From Escherichia phage vB_EcoM_FT, in sequence record MT682710.1: a stretch of 64,000 bases of DNA; one strand, given 5' to 3'. Made by a program: the position numbers and the translations under genes. Each line of letters starts with the position of its first letter. The stretch's first letter is position 1. The notes below the pieces were generated by a model. The model was not told the origin of the DNA. It ran no database searches and was given only the letters and a program-made list of their open reading frames with translations. Below, one piece after another: positions 48,302 through 60,800 of this stretch.

Positions 48302-50566
48302 TCATAATTTACAGGATGAACAATCTTCAGCTTTTGGAGTTTCTATTTCATAATCATCAGTACCAGAACCATCGCGGGTATTATGATAATAGAAATTTTT
48401 TCCGCCAAAATACCAAAAATACAAAAGGTCATCAATCATTATTGACATTGGAACCTTTCCTTTTGGAAAAATCTGCGGGTCATAATATGTATTCGCCGAA
48501 GCTGATTGACAAACCCATTTCAGCATAATAGCTACCTGTGTAAGATAAGGTTTATTACCTTTCTTAGCTAATTTCCATGTATAATCATAGAGGTCTATGT
48601 TATGCTCAATATTGGGCACGACTTGATTAAAGGAGCCCTCTTTTGATTCTTTAACAGAGACTGGTCCACGTGGAGGCTCGATACCGTTTGTACTGTTAGA
48701 AACTTGGGAAGATGACTCACATGGCATAAGTGCTGATAATGTGCTATTACGGATGCCAAAGAGCTTAAGGTCTTCCCGCAGCGACGACCAGTCACAAACG
48801 TATTTTGGAGCTGCGATTTGGTCAATCTTTTTATTGTACCAGTCGATAGGTAATTCGCCTCGAGACCAACGAGTGTCTGAATAATATTCACAAGGTCCTT
48901 TTTCTTTGGCGAGCTTAATGGATGCTTTAATGAGTCCATACTGTAATCTCTCAAATAGTTCATGTGTTAAATCGTTAGCATCTTCATAAGAAGCAAAGTT
49001 ACTTGCCAGCCAAGCTGCATAGTTAGTAACACCTACACCGAGGTTACGACGCTTTTTAGCTTTTTCTGCTTCAGGAACTGGATATCCTTGGTAATCCAAA
49101 AGATTATCAAGAGCACGAACTTGAACTTCTGCCAATTCATTAATTTTATCTTGGTCTTGCCAGTCAAAATTATCTAGTACGAATGCAGAGAGAGTACACA
49201 ATCCAATTTCAGCATCAGGACTATTCACATCATTTGTTGGAATAGCAATTTCACAGCACAAGTTACTCTGACGAATAGGCGCCTTTTCACGAATAAACGG
49301 AGTATAGTTATTCGTATTATCAATGAACTGCACATAAATCCTTGCGGTTCCTGAACGTTCAGTCATGAGCAATTCAAATAGTTCACGGGCTTTAATACGC
49401 TTTTTACGAATATTAGGGTCTTTTTCTGCTGCTTCGTATAATTCACGGAAACGGTTTTGGTCTTTAAAATAAGAATAATAAAGCTCGCCACCCATTTCAT
49501 GCGGACTGAACAAAGTAATGTAATCGTTCTTTCCGAATCGTTCCATCATCAAATCATTCAGCTGAACACCATAATCCATATGACGAATGCGGTTTTCTTC
49601 TACGCCTTTGTTATTTTTCAAAACGAGAAGATTTTCAACTTCCAAATGCCAAATAGGATAATAAGCAGTAGCAGCGCCGCCACGAATTCCACCCTGTGAG
49701 CATGATTTAACTGCAGTCTGAAAATGTTTCCAAAAAGGAATAACACCAGTATGGCGTACTTCACCCATGCCAATCTTAGAACCTTCAGCACGAATCATAC
49801 CAACGTTAATACCAATTCCAGCGCGTTTAGAGATATATTCAACAATTGAAGCGGAAGCCTTGTTGATAGACTTTAATGAATCACCTGCCTCAATAACAAC
49901 ACATGAACTAAACTGTCGAGTCGGAGTACGACAACCAGCCATAATAGGAGTTGGTAATGAAATCTGTCGAGTAGATACTGCTTCATAAAAACGAATAACG
50001 TGTTTTAATCTATCAACAGGTTCATCTTGATGCAAGGCCATTCCAATAGTCATAAATGCAAACTGTGGAGTTTCATAAATTTGACCAGTGGTTTTATCTT
50101 TAACTAGATATTTTTCTTTTAATTGCATCGCCCCGGAATAAGTAAATTCCATATCCCGTTCGTGCTTAATTTTTGATTCTAAAAATGTAATTTCTTCTGC
50201 TGAATATTTTGACAACAGTTCAGGGTCGTATTTACCTTCATTTACACAGTAAGAAATATGGTCAATAAATGAACGCGGTTCATACTGCCCATAAACATGC
50301 TTACGAAGAGCGAACATTAGACAACGTGCAGCTACATATTGATAATCAGGCTCTTCAACCGAAATAGAATTCGCAGCGGCCTTAATGACAATAGTCTGAA
50401 TATCATCAGTTGTCATTCCATCACGGAGATAAGATTTAATATTTTCATATAATTCATAAGGATCTACTGATGTTCCCTCAGCTGCCCAAGATAAAACTTT
50501 AATAATTTTTTGTGGGTCAAAGCTCTGAGAAACACCACTACTTTTGATAACATTAATTAATTGCAT
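48302..50566 (-). CDS. nrdA: ribonucleotide reductase large subunit
   Basis: 754 aa, T4 NrdA length. Confidence 0.95.
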   Translation of the reverse strand: MQLINVIKSSGVSQSFDPQKIIKVLSWAAEGTSVDPYELYENIKSYLRDGMTTDDIQTIVIKAAANSISVEEPDYQYVAARCLMFALRKHVYGQYEPRSFIDHISYCVNEGKYDPELLSKYSAEEITFLESKIKHERDMEFTYSGAMQLKEKYLVKDKTTGQIYETPQFAFMTIGMALHQDEPVDRLKHVIRFYEAVSTRQISLPTPIMAGCRTPTRQFSSCVVIEAGDSLKSINKASASIVEYISKRAGIGINVGMIRAEGSKIGMGEVRHTGVIPFWKHFQTAVKSCSQGGIRGGAATAYYPIWHLEVENLLVLKNNKGVEENRIRHMDYGVQLNDLMMERFGKNDYITLFSPHEMGGELYYSYFKDQNRFRELYEAAEKDPNIRKKRIKARELFELLMTERSGTARIYVQFIDNTNNYTPFIREKAPIRQSNLCCEIAIPTNDVNSPDAEIGLCTLSAFVLDNFDWQDQDKINELAEVQVRALDNLLDYQGYPVPEAEKAKKRRNLGVGVTNYAAWLASNFASYEDANDLTHELFERLQYGLIKASIKLAKEKGPCEYYSDTRWSRGELPIDWYNKKIDQIAAPKYVCDWSSLREDLKLFGIRNSTLSALMPCESSSQVSNSTNGIEPPRGPVSVKESKEGSFNQVVPNIEHNIDLYDYTWKLAKKGNKPYLTQVAIMLKWVCQSASANTYYDPQIFPKGKVPMSIMIDDLLYFWYFGGKNFYYHNTRDGSGTDDYEIETPKAEDCSSCKL

Positions 50567-50883
50567 AAGTCCTCAACTTGAAAATCGTCTTTAAACAATC
50601 GGTTAACTATATGAGCTATTATATCACCATGACACGGCTTTGGTTTACATGTGCATCCTAGCCTCATTCCACGTAAAGGCTCTAAATGTGCTTTAGTTAT
50701 TTCTCCGGATTTAATTCGACGTATAAAATCTTTTTTGAATAATTCAATGGCAGCCTCCCGGCTGCCAGCATCTTTACCGACGTAATTTCCCCAAAATGTA
50801 CCGCGGTGAATATTAACATCAAAGTCGGATTTATATTTATTCACTACCTGGCATAGACGGCCCGCGCGGTGATAATTCGTCAT
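50557..50883 (-). CDS. hypothetical Cys/His-motif protein (nrdA.1-like)
   Basis: 108 aa; [14 protein letters not shown] motif. Confidence 0.6.
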   Translation of the reverse strand: MTNYHRAGRLCQVVNKYKSDFDVNIHRGTFWGNYVGKDAGSREAAIELFKKDFIRRIKSGEITKAHLEPLRGMRLGCTCKPKPCHGDIIAHIVNRLFKDDFQVEDLCN

Positions 50884-51112
50884 ATTGTTTTTCCGTTAAA
50901 ACAGTAATATCATAGTAACAATCAGAAGAAGTTTTAACTGTAGAAATTTTATTATCAAAATACTCACGAGTCATTTTATGAGTATAATATTTTTTGCCAT
51001 AAATGATAATAGGCTGATTTGGTCCTGGAACTTCTAGCTCACTTGGATTAGGAAGTGTAAAAAGAACTGCACCAGAAGTATCTTTAAATCGTAAAATCAT
51101 ATATCCTCGCAA
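50837..51112 (-). CDS. hypothetical protein (nrdA.2-like)
   Basis: 91-aa ORF. Confidence 0.55.
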   Translation of the reverse strand: MRGYMILRFKDTSGAVLFTLPNPSELEVPGPNQPIIIYGKKYYTHKMTREYFDNKISTVKTSSDCYYDITVLTEKQYDELSPRGPSMPGSE

Positions 51113-51120
51113 TAATAAAA

Positions 51121-51980
51121 TTACACCGCCATTTTTCCTTTAATTGGCGGATGAGATACATAGTTGTTAAGAACAAAATTATGCGGCTTTGCAAATTGAC
51201 TCAACCAAAATACCTGCGATTCTGTGTCCCATTCATCAAATTCATCTGGAAATTTTAATTGTAATTCGCATAAATCCATAGGTTCACGACGTAAAATTTC
51301 TTTACATTGTTCTACGTGATTCATATAGATATGAGTATTACCACCAGAAAATATCAAATCTCCCGGAATAAGATTACACATCTTAGCTACAATATGAACT
51401 AACGCAGCATATGATGCAATATTAAATGGAAGGCCGAGAAAAACATCTACTGATCGTTGATACCACTGCAAATCTAAATAGCCATTACGCACATTAAACT
51501 GATAGAACATATGACAAGGTGGTAATGCCATATATTTAAGTTCAGCTGGATTCCACGCCGACACAATTTGACGCCTATCATTTGGCAGTTTTTTAATACG
51601 ATCAATAACTTCTATAATTTGGTCTACACCACCAAAATCACGCCACTGTTTTCCATAAATTGGACCAAGTTCACCGCTATGGTATCCTAAATCTTTTGCT
51701 TGATTTTCGTAATTTTCATCCCAAACTGTTTTGCCTTGGATTAACGAATCATGTTGAATTAATCGCAAATCATTGACATTTGTGCTTCCCGATAAAAACC
51801 ATATTAGCTCAGCAATGCAAGCTTTCCAGGCGAGCTTCTTAGTTGTTACTGCAGGAAAACCTTTAGTTAAATCCCAGCGTAATTTAGTACCGAACAAAGC
51901 AATTGTTCCTGTGCCTGTTCGGTCATCGGTTTCGTAGCCATTTTCCAGGATATCTTTAATTAAAAATTGGTATTGTTTCA

Positions 51981-51981
<1 letters not shown>
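51121..51981 (-). CDS. td: thymidylate synthase, uninterrupted (no group I intron)
   Basis: 286 aa from MKQYQ...; TS motifs (PPCH, DLGPIYG); continuous ORF. Confidence 0.93.
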
Positions 51982-53010
<1,029 letters not shown>

Positions 53011-53021
53011 ATTATCTCCTA

Positions 53022-53354
53022 TTAAAAAGGATCAGGAACATATCCGCTAGCTTTAATCATTTTAATTAACGTTAACATTCCTTTGTTAACTGCTCGTGAG
53101 ATTTCATCAAAAACTTCATCACTAAAAAGTTCTAACACGCCCTTCTGAACTTTTAATTTACAGCCAACAATTTCTTCATCGCCTATAGTAAATTCATTAC
53201 CACCAATTCCACCGAAAAACTTAATTACACCAGTTAACTGTCTTCCACGAGAATATGGGTCGTGTGATAAAGTAATATGAGTCACCCCGGGTACAGTTTT
53301 AAATTGGCAGCGAATATTTACTTGTGAAATTCCAGTTACATGAATGTCAGACAT
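53022..53354 (-). CDS. hypothetical protein (frd.2-like)
   Basis: 110-aa ORF. Confidence 0.55.
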   Translation of the reverse strand: MSDIHVTGISQVNIRCQFKTVPGVTHITLSHDPYSRGRQLTGVIKFFGGIGGNEFTIGDEEIVGCKLKVQKGVLELFSDEVFDEISRAVNKGMLTLIKMIKASGYVPDPF

Positions 53355-53364
53355 AATATTTTCC

Positions 53365-53607
53365 TCAAATAGACTTTTTCACAATTTTCCAATCAGCTTT
53401 AAACTGATCGACGTCAGAGTGATAAATCCAAAATCCTGCGCTTTCACCGTCTTCATAAAGCGGACACCCATCACATTCATCTTCCCATCCCATGCCACGT
53501 AAAAGGTGTTCAGCTTTTTCAACAAGTTCAGAATCTTTACCGATGATATTAAAATACCATTTACCTCTAACTTCTGAATCTTTGATGCTCTGGCGTTGTA
53601 ATCTCAT
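53365..53607 (-). CDS. hypothetical protein (frd.3-like)
   Basis: 80-aa ORF with GGAG RBS. Confidence 0.55.
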   Translation of the reverse strand: MRLQRQSIKDSEVRGKWYFNIIGKDSELVEKAEHLLRGMGWEDECDGCPLYEDGESAGFWIYHSDVDQFKADWKIVKKSI

Positions 53608-53617
53608 TTTATTCTCC

Positions 53618-53686
53618 TTAGCAAGCTTTAATCAAAAGATATAAACAGACCAACATAACTGCTGCCATAATATAAGGTGCGAACAT
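53618..53686 (-). CDS. candidate 22-aa hydrophobic micro-protein / leader peptide
   Basis: MFAPYIMAAVMLVCLYLLIKAC read by hand; GGAG 9 nt upstream; just downstream of an early promoter; stop abuts the RBS of the next ORF. Confidence 0.35.
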   Translation of the reverse strand: MFAPYIMAAVMLVCLYLLIKAC

Positions 53687-53716
53687 TTTCTTTTCTCCAT
53701 TAGTTTTGATAGGGTA

Positions 53717-53746
53717 ATAGTATCACACTACTACCCTTCTGTAAAC
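53717..53746 (-). promoter_or_regulatory. early promoter: GTTTAC-N18-TACTAT
   Basis: Minus strand; upstream of the micro-ORF and frd.3. Confidence 0.6.
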
Positions 53747-54111
53747 TACTTTTTGAAAGTTTTTCGCAAAAGTTCAATGATTTCATCTACATTGTTTTCG
53801 TCAACAATGCAGTGAATTTTTGTTACGCCAGAAACTTTGTCTTTGACTTCATCTTCTTCAGAAGTCGGTTCTTTATACTCACGAAAACAATGAAATTCGT
53901 CTTCACAAACGTTAAAGTAAAAATGCTTTCCATTTGCGCATTCAATGTGTTTTATTACTCTAAATCCATCAACAAAGAAAGCTTCTTTAACTTCAAACCA
54001 TCCGCCATTTTCTTGAATAATTTTAACTATTGCTGAATTAGAACGTGGGCGATAATTAATAAATGTATCAATAAGTCTTGGAACAAGTTCATACTTTTTA
54101 CCGATATACAT
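53746..54111 (-). CDS. hypothetical protein
   Basis: 121-aa ORF; GAGGAAA RBS preceded by a hairpin. Confidence 0.6.
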   Translation of the reverse strand: MYIGKKYELVPRLIDTFINYRPRSNSAIVKIIQENGGWFEVKEAFFVDGFRVIKHIECANGKHFYFNVCEDEFHCFREYKEPTSEEDEVKDKVSGVTKIHCIVDENNVDEIIELLRKTFKK

Positions 54112-54155
54112 TATGTTTTCCTCATTTTAACGGGGCTGTAATAGCCCCTTGATAA

Positions 54156-54386
54156 TTATTGTTCAATCAATCCCATGTAAAATTCTGCGTCTTCAGAATC
54201 CATGCCATCACAATATTCATTAGCCATAAAGCGGGTGAGGTCTTCAAGAGGACCTTCAATGACAATAGAAAAATTGCAATAATTGGGATCATCGTGAATA
54301 CTTGTGATACTAAGTTCAGGATAACGATTACGAATAATTTCTTCGATATATTCAAAATCAACGATGTCAATATCAACTTTAGCCAT
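54156..54386 (-). CDS. hypothetical acidic protein
   Basis: 76 aa from MAKVDIDIV... with GAGGAAA RBS; upstream part of the track ORF overlaps the promoter. Confidence 0.55.
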   Translation of the reverse strand: MAKVDIDIVDFEYIEEIIRNRYPELSITSIHDDPNYCNFSIVIEGPLEDLTRFMANEYCDGMDSEDAEFYMGLIEQ

Positions 54387-54429
54387 ATTATTTTCCTCTT
54401 TAATCATCAGCAGTATTGCCGATAGTTGT

Positions 54430-54459
54430 ATAGTACCATGGAAGGACAAGGATGTAAAC
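54430..54459 (-). promoter_or_regulatory. early promoter: GTTTAC-N18-TACTAT, downstream of the gene 32 terminator
   Basis: Minus strand; GAGGAAA-ATG of the 76-aa ORF follows. Confidence 0.6.
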
Positions 54460-54476
54460 CGTTTTGTGAAAAAATT

Positions 54477-54509
54477 TTTGAAATAAAAAAGGGGACCCTA
54501 GAGGTCCCC
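54477..54509 (-). terminator. rho-independent terminator after gene 32
   Basis: Minus strand GGGGACC-UCUAG-GGUCCCC followed by UUUUUUAUUU. Confidence 0.8.
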
Positions 54510-54531
54510 AATTAATTAGTAATATAATCTA

Positions 54532-55440
54532 TTAAAGGTCATTCAAAAGGTCATCTAGGTCCGTGTCATCAGCACTAGATGAACTGCCAGAGCTTGAGCT
54601 CATAAAATCATCTTCAGTTTTTGTATTGAAGTCATCAACATTGAATGCATCCAAATCATCAGCAACTTTATCAGCTTTCTTAGCAGCAGTTGCAGCGGCA
54701 CCGCCCATCACAGCAGTTCCCATAACTTGACCGAATTTAGTGCTCAGTTCTTCAAACGATTTGAATTTATCTTTAGAAGTCATTTCAGAAAGGTCAACCA
54801 TTTGTTCGAACAGTTCTTTCTGGAAAGATTCATCGTCAATGTTTGGAATCGCAGATTGATTCAGGAATTTAGATTCGTCGTAGTTACTAAATCCAGAAAC
54901 CTGTTTAACTTTCAGTACAAAGTTAGCACCTTCCCACGGACAAGTTACATCAACCGGAGTTTCACCCATTTCAACATCAACCGCAATCATCGCGTTGATT
55001 TTATCCCAGATTTTCTTACCGAAACGATATTTAAATACTTTACCTTCATTTTCTGGAGCAGCTGGGTCTTTTACAACAAGAATATTAGCCCAGTAAGAAG
55101 TTTTACGTTTAACAAGACCATACTCTTTATTGTCAGTGTTGTACAGATCATTTTTACTGATGTATTGACATACTGGGCAAGAATCGTAATCACCGTGGGT
55201 AGATGAACAGTTTTCAATATACCATTTACCATTTTTCTTGAAACCGTGATTTACAAGAATTGCGAATGGTGCTTGTTCATCATTTTTAGACGGAAGAAAA
55301 CGAATTACTGCTTGACCGTTACCCGCATTATCGAGTTTCAGTTTCCACTCGCCTTTATCTTCAGAAGAAAAACCACCTTTATTTCCAGCCAGTTTAGCCA
55401 TTTGTGCAGCGAGTTCAGCAGTAGATTTACGTTTAAACAT
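54532..55440 (-). CDS. 32: single-stranded DNA-binding protein gp32
   Basis: 302 aa; acidic Ser-rich C-terminus; autoregulatory operator upstream. Confidence 0.95.
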   Translation of the reverse strand: MFKRKSTAELAAQMAKLAGNKGGFSSEDKGEWKLKLDNAGNGQAVIRFLPSKNDEQAPFAILVNHGFKKNGKWYIENCSSTHGDYDSCPVCQYISKNDLYNTDNKEYGLVKRKTSYWANILVVKDPAAPENEGKVFKYRFGKKIWDKINAMIAVDVEMGETPVDVTCPWEGANFVLKVKQVSGFSNYDESKFLNQSAIPNIDDESFQKELFEQMVDLSEMTSKDKFKSFEELSTKFGQVMGTAVMGGAAATAAKKADKVADDLDAFNVDDFNTKTEDDFMSSSSGSSSSADDTDLDDLLNDL

Positions 55441-55510
55441 TTTTATTTCCTTTTTTAATTTAATTAACAGTTGGTGCTATGACGATGTATGACCTCATAG
55501 CTGGTCAGTG
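55441..55510 (-). promoter_or_regulatory. gene 32 translational operator: AU-rich unstructured leader plus upstream pseudoknot-forming segment
   Basis: Minus strand ...CACUGACCAGCUAUGAGGUCAUACAUCGUCAUAGCACCAACUGUUAAUUAAAUUAAAAAAGGAAAUAAAAAUG as recalled for the T4 gp32 autoregulatory site. Confidence 0.7.
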
Positions 55511-55524
55511 AGATAATTATAATC

Positions 55525-55532
55525 TATTTATA
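55525..55532 (-). promoter_or_regulatory. late promoter for gene 32
   Basis: TATAAATA on minus strand upstream of the gene 32 leader. Confidence 0.65.
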
Positions 55533-55540
55533 ATAAGCAA

Positions 55541-56194
55541 TTAATACTTGCAGGATTTCACAGTTTCAATAAAAACTTTTTTAGCTTCCTGTGAATCAAT
55601 ATTTAAAATTTTTCTATAAGCCTTTAACTTTATAGAATAATTATTCCAGACTAAATTATCAGTCTGTTCATCATGTTTATCAATTATATTTAAAAACGAA
55701 TCAAGCAAGATAAACGTCTCAAACGAAATTATGTTCGACTGAAGCAGTTTAAAAATATAACTTGATTGAACTTTTGGATTATATTCAAAGATTTCTTTAA
55801 AAGCAGAAACTTCAACTTTTTTACTAAAATAATAAATGTTGCGAATATCTTCTTCAAACTTAAATTTAATTTGCTTTAAGCGTCCGATATATTCACGATA
55901 AAACACAAGTGCATCAGCGTCAGAGATGTCGCCAATCCAAGCATCTTGGTTAGCAACCAAATTACTTATAAAGATTAAAGCAAGTTCCTTTAATTTATAT
56001 TTTTCTGATAACTTCTGGAAAAAATACTTATCCCTTCGCTTTTGATAAGCGGCATCAGACACCCGCATGCACCAATTATACTTAATAACATCATACTTTC
56101 CATTCATATGTTGTTTTATCATTAAGTATAATTTATAAACTGATTTACCATCAATGTATCTTTCACCACCAGCAGGCATGCGGAGTTTAATCAT
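55541..56194 (-). CDS. 59: helicase loader gp59
   Basis: 217 aa, T4 gp59 length. Confidence 0.93.
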   Translation of the reverse strand: MIKLRMPAGGERYIDGKSVYKLYLMIKQHMNGKYDVIKYNWCMRVSDAAYQKRRDKYFFQKLSEKYKLKELALIFISNLVANQDAWIGDISDADALVFYREYIGRLKQIKFKFEEDIRNIYYFSKKVEVSAFKEIFEYNPKVQSSYIFKLLQSNIISFETFILLDSFLNIIDKHDEQTDNLVWNNYSIKLKAYRKILNIDSQEAKKVFIETVKSCKY

Positions 56195-56529
56195 AGTAGA
56201 AAATCTAATGTATTAGTTTTTTCACAACGAACAACAGAAGGACGTAAAAGATTTTCGTCAATAGCTTCCGACTGAATTTTTTCAATTATACCCGAAGGAA
56301 TAAATTTAGCAAATTGAGTTTCAGGAATAGAGTTTTCTTCCAAGAATGCTGTCGTAGCTTCAAGATAACTCATTCCAAATTCTTCTACCATTTTTTCAAT
56401 AATAAATCCATTTTCTTGGCGGTCAAGAAGCTTTGCAATTTCATCCTTTTCTTTCTTAATTGAAAGTTCTTTTTCTGAAAGCCCGGCCTCATCGACCGGG
56501 CGAATATCATTTAGAGAAAACTGTGTCAT
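56191..56529 (-). CDS. 33: late transcription co-activator gp33
   Basis: 112 aa from MTQFSLNDIRPVDE...; the track ORF begins at an upstream TTG. Confidence 0.9.
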   Translation of the reverse strand: MTQFSLNDIRPVDEAGLSEKELSIKKEKDEIAKLLDRQENGFIIEKMVEEFGMSYLEATTAFLEENSIPETQFAKFIPSGIIEKIQSEAIDENLLRPSVVRCEKTNTLDFLL

Positions 56530-56776
56530 AAAGTTCAACTACCTCTTCAGTTTCAGCTTCAAACACATCACGGTTATCTTTATGATACAAAGCTAATAGA
56601 CGATTAAACATCTTACCATCAACGCCAAGTTCATCTTTAGCACGAATTCGAATATCTTTAATCAGTTCATTATAACCGGAAATTTTCAGTTTATGATCAG
56701 ATGCTTCTTTAATAAATTTAGCCAAGTCTTCGCCATGGATAGCTTCATCAAATTCAACCATTTCTTTTTTAGCCAT
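56507..56776 (-). CDS. dsbA: dsDNA-binding protein DsbA (late transcription enhancer)
   Basis: 89 aa; position between rnh and 33. Confidence 0.85.
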   Translation of the reverse strand: MAKKEMVEFDEAIHGEDLAKFIKEASDHKLKISGYNELIKDIRIRAKDELGVDGKMFNRLLALYHKDNRDVFEAETEEVVELYDTVFSK

Positions 56777-56784
56777 TATTCACC

Positions 56785-57702
56785 TCAAAATTCATTAATG
56801 CTATTAGTTAATTTAGAAAGACCCGCTTTTACAAAATATGAATAAATTTTGCCACGCGGTGGTAATTTATATGAATTATAGTAATTCACAATGTTTGAAG
56901 CAATATTATCAGGAATATAATCAAAATCAATTAGAACTAAATTTTCTTTATAACGATTATATTCAGATTCTGTGAGAAGCACCTTAGCTTGCTCACGGTC
57001 ATTAGCAATAGCTTCAACGATTGAAGTTTTCATTGAAGGAGTTCGTTCACCTTCAACTCTGGTAAACCAAAAGTCAGATCGTACTTTAACTGAAGCAACG
57101 TTATCCTTTTTGTCGCCCTTAAGGATTTTAGTCATACAGTCAATTTCAGCAGAACCGCTTTTAATTTTAACCCATTTCTTGTGCATCGGTGACCATTGCT
57201 TAACATTTGGATATTTGTGAAGTTGAGTAAAGTCACCATCCGATGAAATGATTAAAATCTTGTGTCCTTCTAAAGAGAACTTTTTAACAAGAACAGCAAT
57301 GTGGTCATCTGCTTCATACTTATCAATATCCATAACAATGTATGGCATATAAGCTTTTAATTCATCTATAACTTTATGACTGGATTCAAAATAACCTTCC
57401 CAGTCCCAAGTAGATTCTTCTCGTGCTTTTCCACGGTTTTTCTTGTAATAGTAAGCAAAATCACGACGCCAGTATCCAGATTTCGCGTTATCAATACACA
57501 GTACAATTTTAGTGTATCCAAGCGTTTTTGCTTTTTTGACATTAAACTTAATTGAGTTCAATATCAAATGACGAACCATTGATAAATTAATTTTTTCTTT
57601 ATCTGGGAAGTTTACTAAAGCAGTTGAAAGCGCAATTTGACTAAAGTCAATAAAGCAAATTCCTTCTTTGTAATCTTCATCCAGCATCATTTCTAAATCC
57701 AT
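56785..57702 (-). CDS. rnh: RNase H (5'-3' exonuclease / flap endonuclease)
   Basis: 305 aa from MDLEMMLDEDYKEG... with GAGG RBS; acidic active-site clusters. Confidence 0.93.
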   Translation of the reverse strand: MDLEMMLDEDYKEGICFIDFSQIALSTALVNFPDKEKINLSMVRHLILNSIKFNVKKAKTLGYTKIVLCIDNAKSGYWRRDFAYYYKKNRGKAREESTWDWEGYFESSHKVIDELKAYMPYIVMDIDKYEADDHIAVLVKKFSLEGHKILIISSDGDFTQLHKYPNVKQWSPMHKKWVKIKSGSAEIDCMTKILKGDKKDNVASVKVRSDFWFTRVEGERTPSMKTSIVEAIANDREQAKVLLTESEYNRYKENLVLIDFDYIPDNIASNIVNYYNSYKLPPRGKIYSYFVKAGLSKLTNSINEF

Positions 57703-57730
57703 ATGAACCTCGTTCAATTAGTGAGATTTC

Positions 57731-57760
57731 TATTATATACTATCTAAATCTTAAAGTAAA
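57731..57760 (-). promoter_or_regulatory. early promoter for rnh: GTTTAC-N18-TATAAT
   Basis: Minus strand; divergent from the gene 34 late promoter. Confidence 0.6.
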
Positions 57761-57763
57761 CAG

Positions 57764-57771
57764 GTATAAAT
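57764..57771 (+). promoter_or_regulatory. late promoter for gene 34
   Basis: Exact TATAAATA ~35 nt upstream of the gene 34 ATG. Confidence 0.7.
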
Positions 57772-57806
57772 ACTTATTATTGAAAACACAATAGGAGCCC
57801 GGGAGA

Positions 57807-60800
57807 ATGGCCGAGATTAAAAGAAAGTTCAGAGCAGAAGATGGTCTGGACGCAGGTGGCGATAAAATAATCAACGTAGCTTTAGCTGATCGTACCGTAG
57901 GAACTGACGGTGTTAACGTTGATTACTTAATTCAAGAAAACACAGTTCAGCAATATGATCCAACTCGTGGATATTTAAAAGATTTTGTAATCATTTATAA
58001 TAATCGTTTTTGGGCAGCAACGGATAATATTCCAAAACCTGCTGGAAATTTTAATAGAATTCGTTGGAAAGCATTACGTACTGATGCCGTATATACAACC
58101 GTATCATCTGGACCATATCAATTAAAATCCGGAGAAGCAATTTCAGTAGATACATCAGTTGGCAATGACATTGAGTTTACTTTACCACCTTCTCCGCTTG
58201 ATGGAGAAACCGTAATAATTCAAGATATCGGTGGAAAACCTGGCATAAATCAGGTTAAAATAAATTCTTCAAATCAGAGTATTGTTAATTTTAGAGGTGA
58301 ACAAGTACGTTCAGTTTTAATGACTCATCCAAAGTCACAGATGATATTCATTTTTAATAATCGTTTGTGGCAAATGTATGTTGCTGATTATAGCAGAGAA
58401 GCTGCGATTGTTACTCCATCGACTGCATATCAAGCACAATCTAATGATTTTATCGTGCGTAGATTTACTTCCGCTGCGCCGATTAATATTAAACTTCCAA
58501 GATTTGCCAATCATGGAGATATCATTAATTTCGTTGATTTAGATAAATTAAATCCACTTTATCATACAATTGTTACGACATATGATGAAACGACGTCAGT
58601 GCAAGAAGTTGGAACTCATTCCATTGAAGGCCGTACATCGATTGACGGTTTCTTGATGTTTGACGATAATGAGAAATTGTGGAGATTGTTTGACGGGGAT
58701 AGTAAAGCACGTTTACGCATTATAACAACTAATTCAAATATTCGTCCAAACGAAGAAGTTATGGTATTTGGTGCGAATAACGGAACAACTCAAACAATTG
58801 AGCTTCAGCTTCCTACTGATATCTCTGTTGGTGATACTGTTAAAATTTCCATGAATTACATGAGAAAAGGACAAACAGTTAAAATCAAAGCTGCCGGTGA
58901 AGATAAAATTGCTTCTTCAGTTCAATTGCTGCAATTTCCAAAACGTTCAGAATACCCACCTGAAACTAAATGGGTGACTGTTCAAGAATTAGTTTTTAAT
59001 GGCGAAACCAATTATGTTCCAGTTTTACAGCTTGCTTATATCGAAGATTCCGATGGAAAATATTGGGTTGTACAGCAAAACGTTCCAACTGTAGAAAGAG
59101 TAGACTCTTTAAATAATTCTACTAGAGCAAGATTAGGCGTAATTGCTTTAGCTACACAGGCTCAAGCTAATGCAGATTTAGAAAATTCTCCACAAAAAGA
59201 ATTGGCAATTACTCCAGAAACGTTAGCTAATCGTACTGCTACAGAAACTCGTAGAGGTATTGCAAGAATAGCAACAACTGCGCAAGTAAACCAGGATACC
59301 GCATTCTCTTTTGCAGATGACCTTATCATCACTCCTAAAAAGTTGAATGAAAGAACTGCTACAGAAACTCGTAGAGGTGTCGCAGAAATTGCTACGCAAC
59401 AGGAAACTAATACAGGTACTGATGATACTACAATCATTACTCCTAAAAAGCTTCAAGCTCGTCAAGGTTCTGAATCATTATCTGGTATTGTAACTTTTGT
59501 ATCTACTGCAGGTGCTACTCCGGCTTCTAGCCGTGAATTAAATGGTACGAATGTTTATAATAAAAACACTAATAATTTAGTTGTTTCACCCAAAGCTTTG
59601 GATCAGTATAAAGCTACTCCAACACAGCAAGGTGCAGTAATTTTAGCAGTTGAAAGTGAAGTAATTGCTGGACAAAGCCAAGAAGGATGGGCAAATGCGG
59701 TTGTAACGCCAGAAACGTTACATAAAAAGACATCAACTGATGGAAGAATTGGTTTAATTGAAATTGCTACGCAAAGTGAAGTTAATACAGGAACTGATTA
59801 TACTCGTGCAGTCACTCCTAAAACTTTAAATGACCGTAAAGCAACTGAAGGTTTAAGTGGTATAGCTGAAATTGCTACGCAAGTTGAATTCGACGCGGGC
59901 GTCGACGATACTCGTATCTCTACACCATTAAAAATTAAAACCAGATTTAATAGTACTGATCGTACTTCTGTTGTTGCTCTATCTGGATTAGTTGAATCAG
60001 GAACTCTCTGGGACCATTATACCCTTAATATTCTTGAAGCAAATGAGACACAGCGTGGCACACTTCGTGTGGCTACACAGGTTGAAGCTGCTGCAGGAAC
60101 ATTGGATAATGTTCTAATAACTCCTAAAAAGCTTTTAGGTACTAAATCTACTGAAGCGCAGGAAGGCGTTATTAAAGTTGCAACTCGGTCTGAAACTGTA
60201 GCTGGAACGTCAGCAAATACTGCTGTATCTCCAAAAAATTTAAAATGGATTGTGCAGAGTGAACCTACTTGGGCAGCTACTACTGCGATAAGGGGCTTTG
60301 TTAAAACTTCTTCTGGTTCATTAACGTTTGTTGGTAATGATACGGTAGGTTCAACACAGCCATTAGAATCATATGAGAAAAATGATTATGCAGTATCACC
60401 ATATGAATTAAATCGCGTATTAGCAAATTATTTGCCATTAAAAGCAAAAGCTGTAGATAGTAATTTATTAGATGGTCTAGATTCGCTCCAGTTCATTCGT
60501 AGGGACATTGCACAAACAGTTAATGGTTCACTAACCTTAACCCAACAAACGAATCTGAGTGCCCCTCTTGTATCATCTAGTACTGCTACATTCGGTGGAT
60601 CAGTTTCAGCAAATAGTACATTAACTATTTCTAATACTGGAACGGCAACTCGTCTGATTTTTGAGAAAGGATCTCAAACTGGAACAAACCCGGCTCAAAC
60701 GATGACAGTCAGAGTGTGGGGAAATCAATTTAGCGGGGAATCAGATACAACACGTTCTACCGTATTTGAAGTTAGTGATGAAACGTCTAGTCATTTTTAT

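Noticed and set aside
54727-55206. 159-aa plus-strand ORF
   Set aside because: Antisense to gene 32, which is strongly supported by length, sequence and its operator and terminator
59162-59465. Two minus-strand ORFs of 91 and 80 aa
   Set aside because: Lie within the repeated TPKKL/TATETRRG region of gene 34 on the opposite strand; periodic coding repeats create spurious antisense frames
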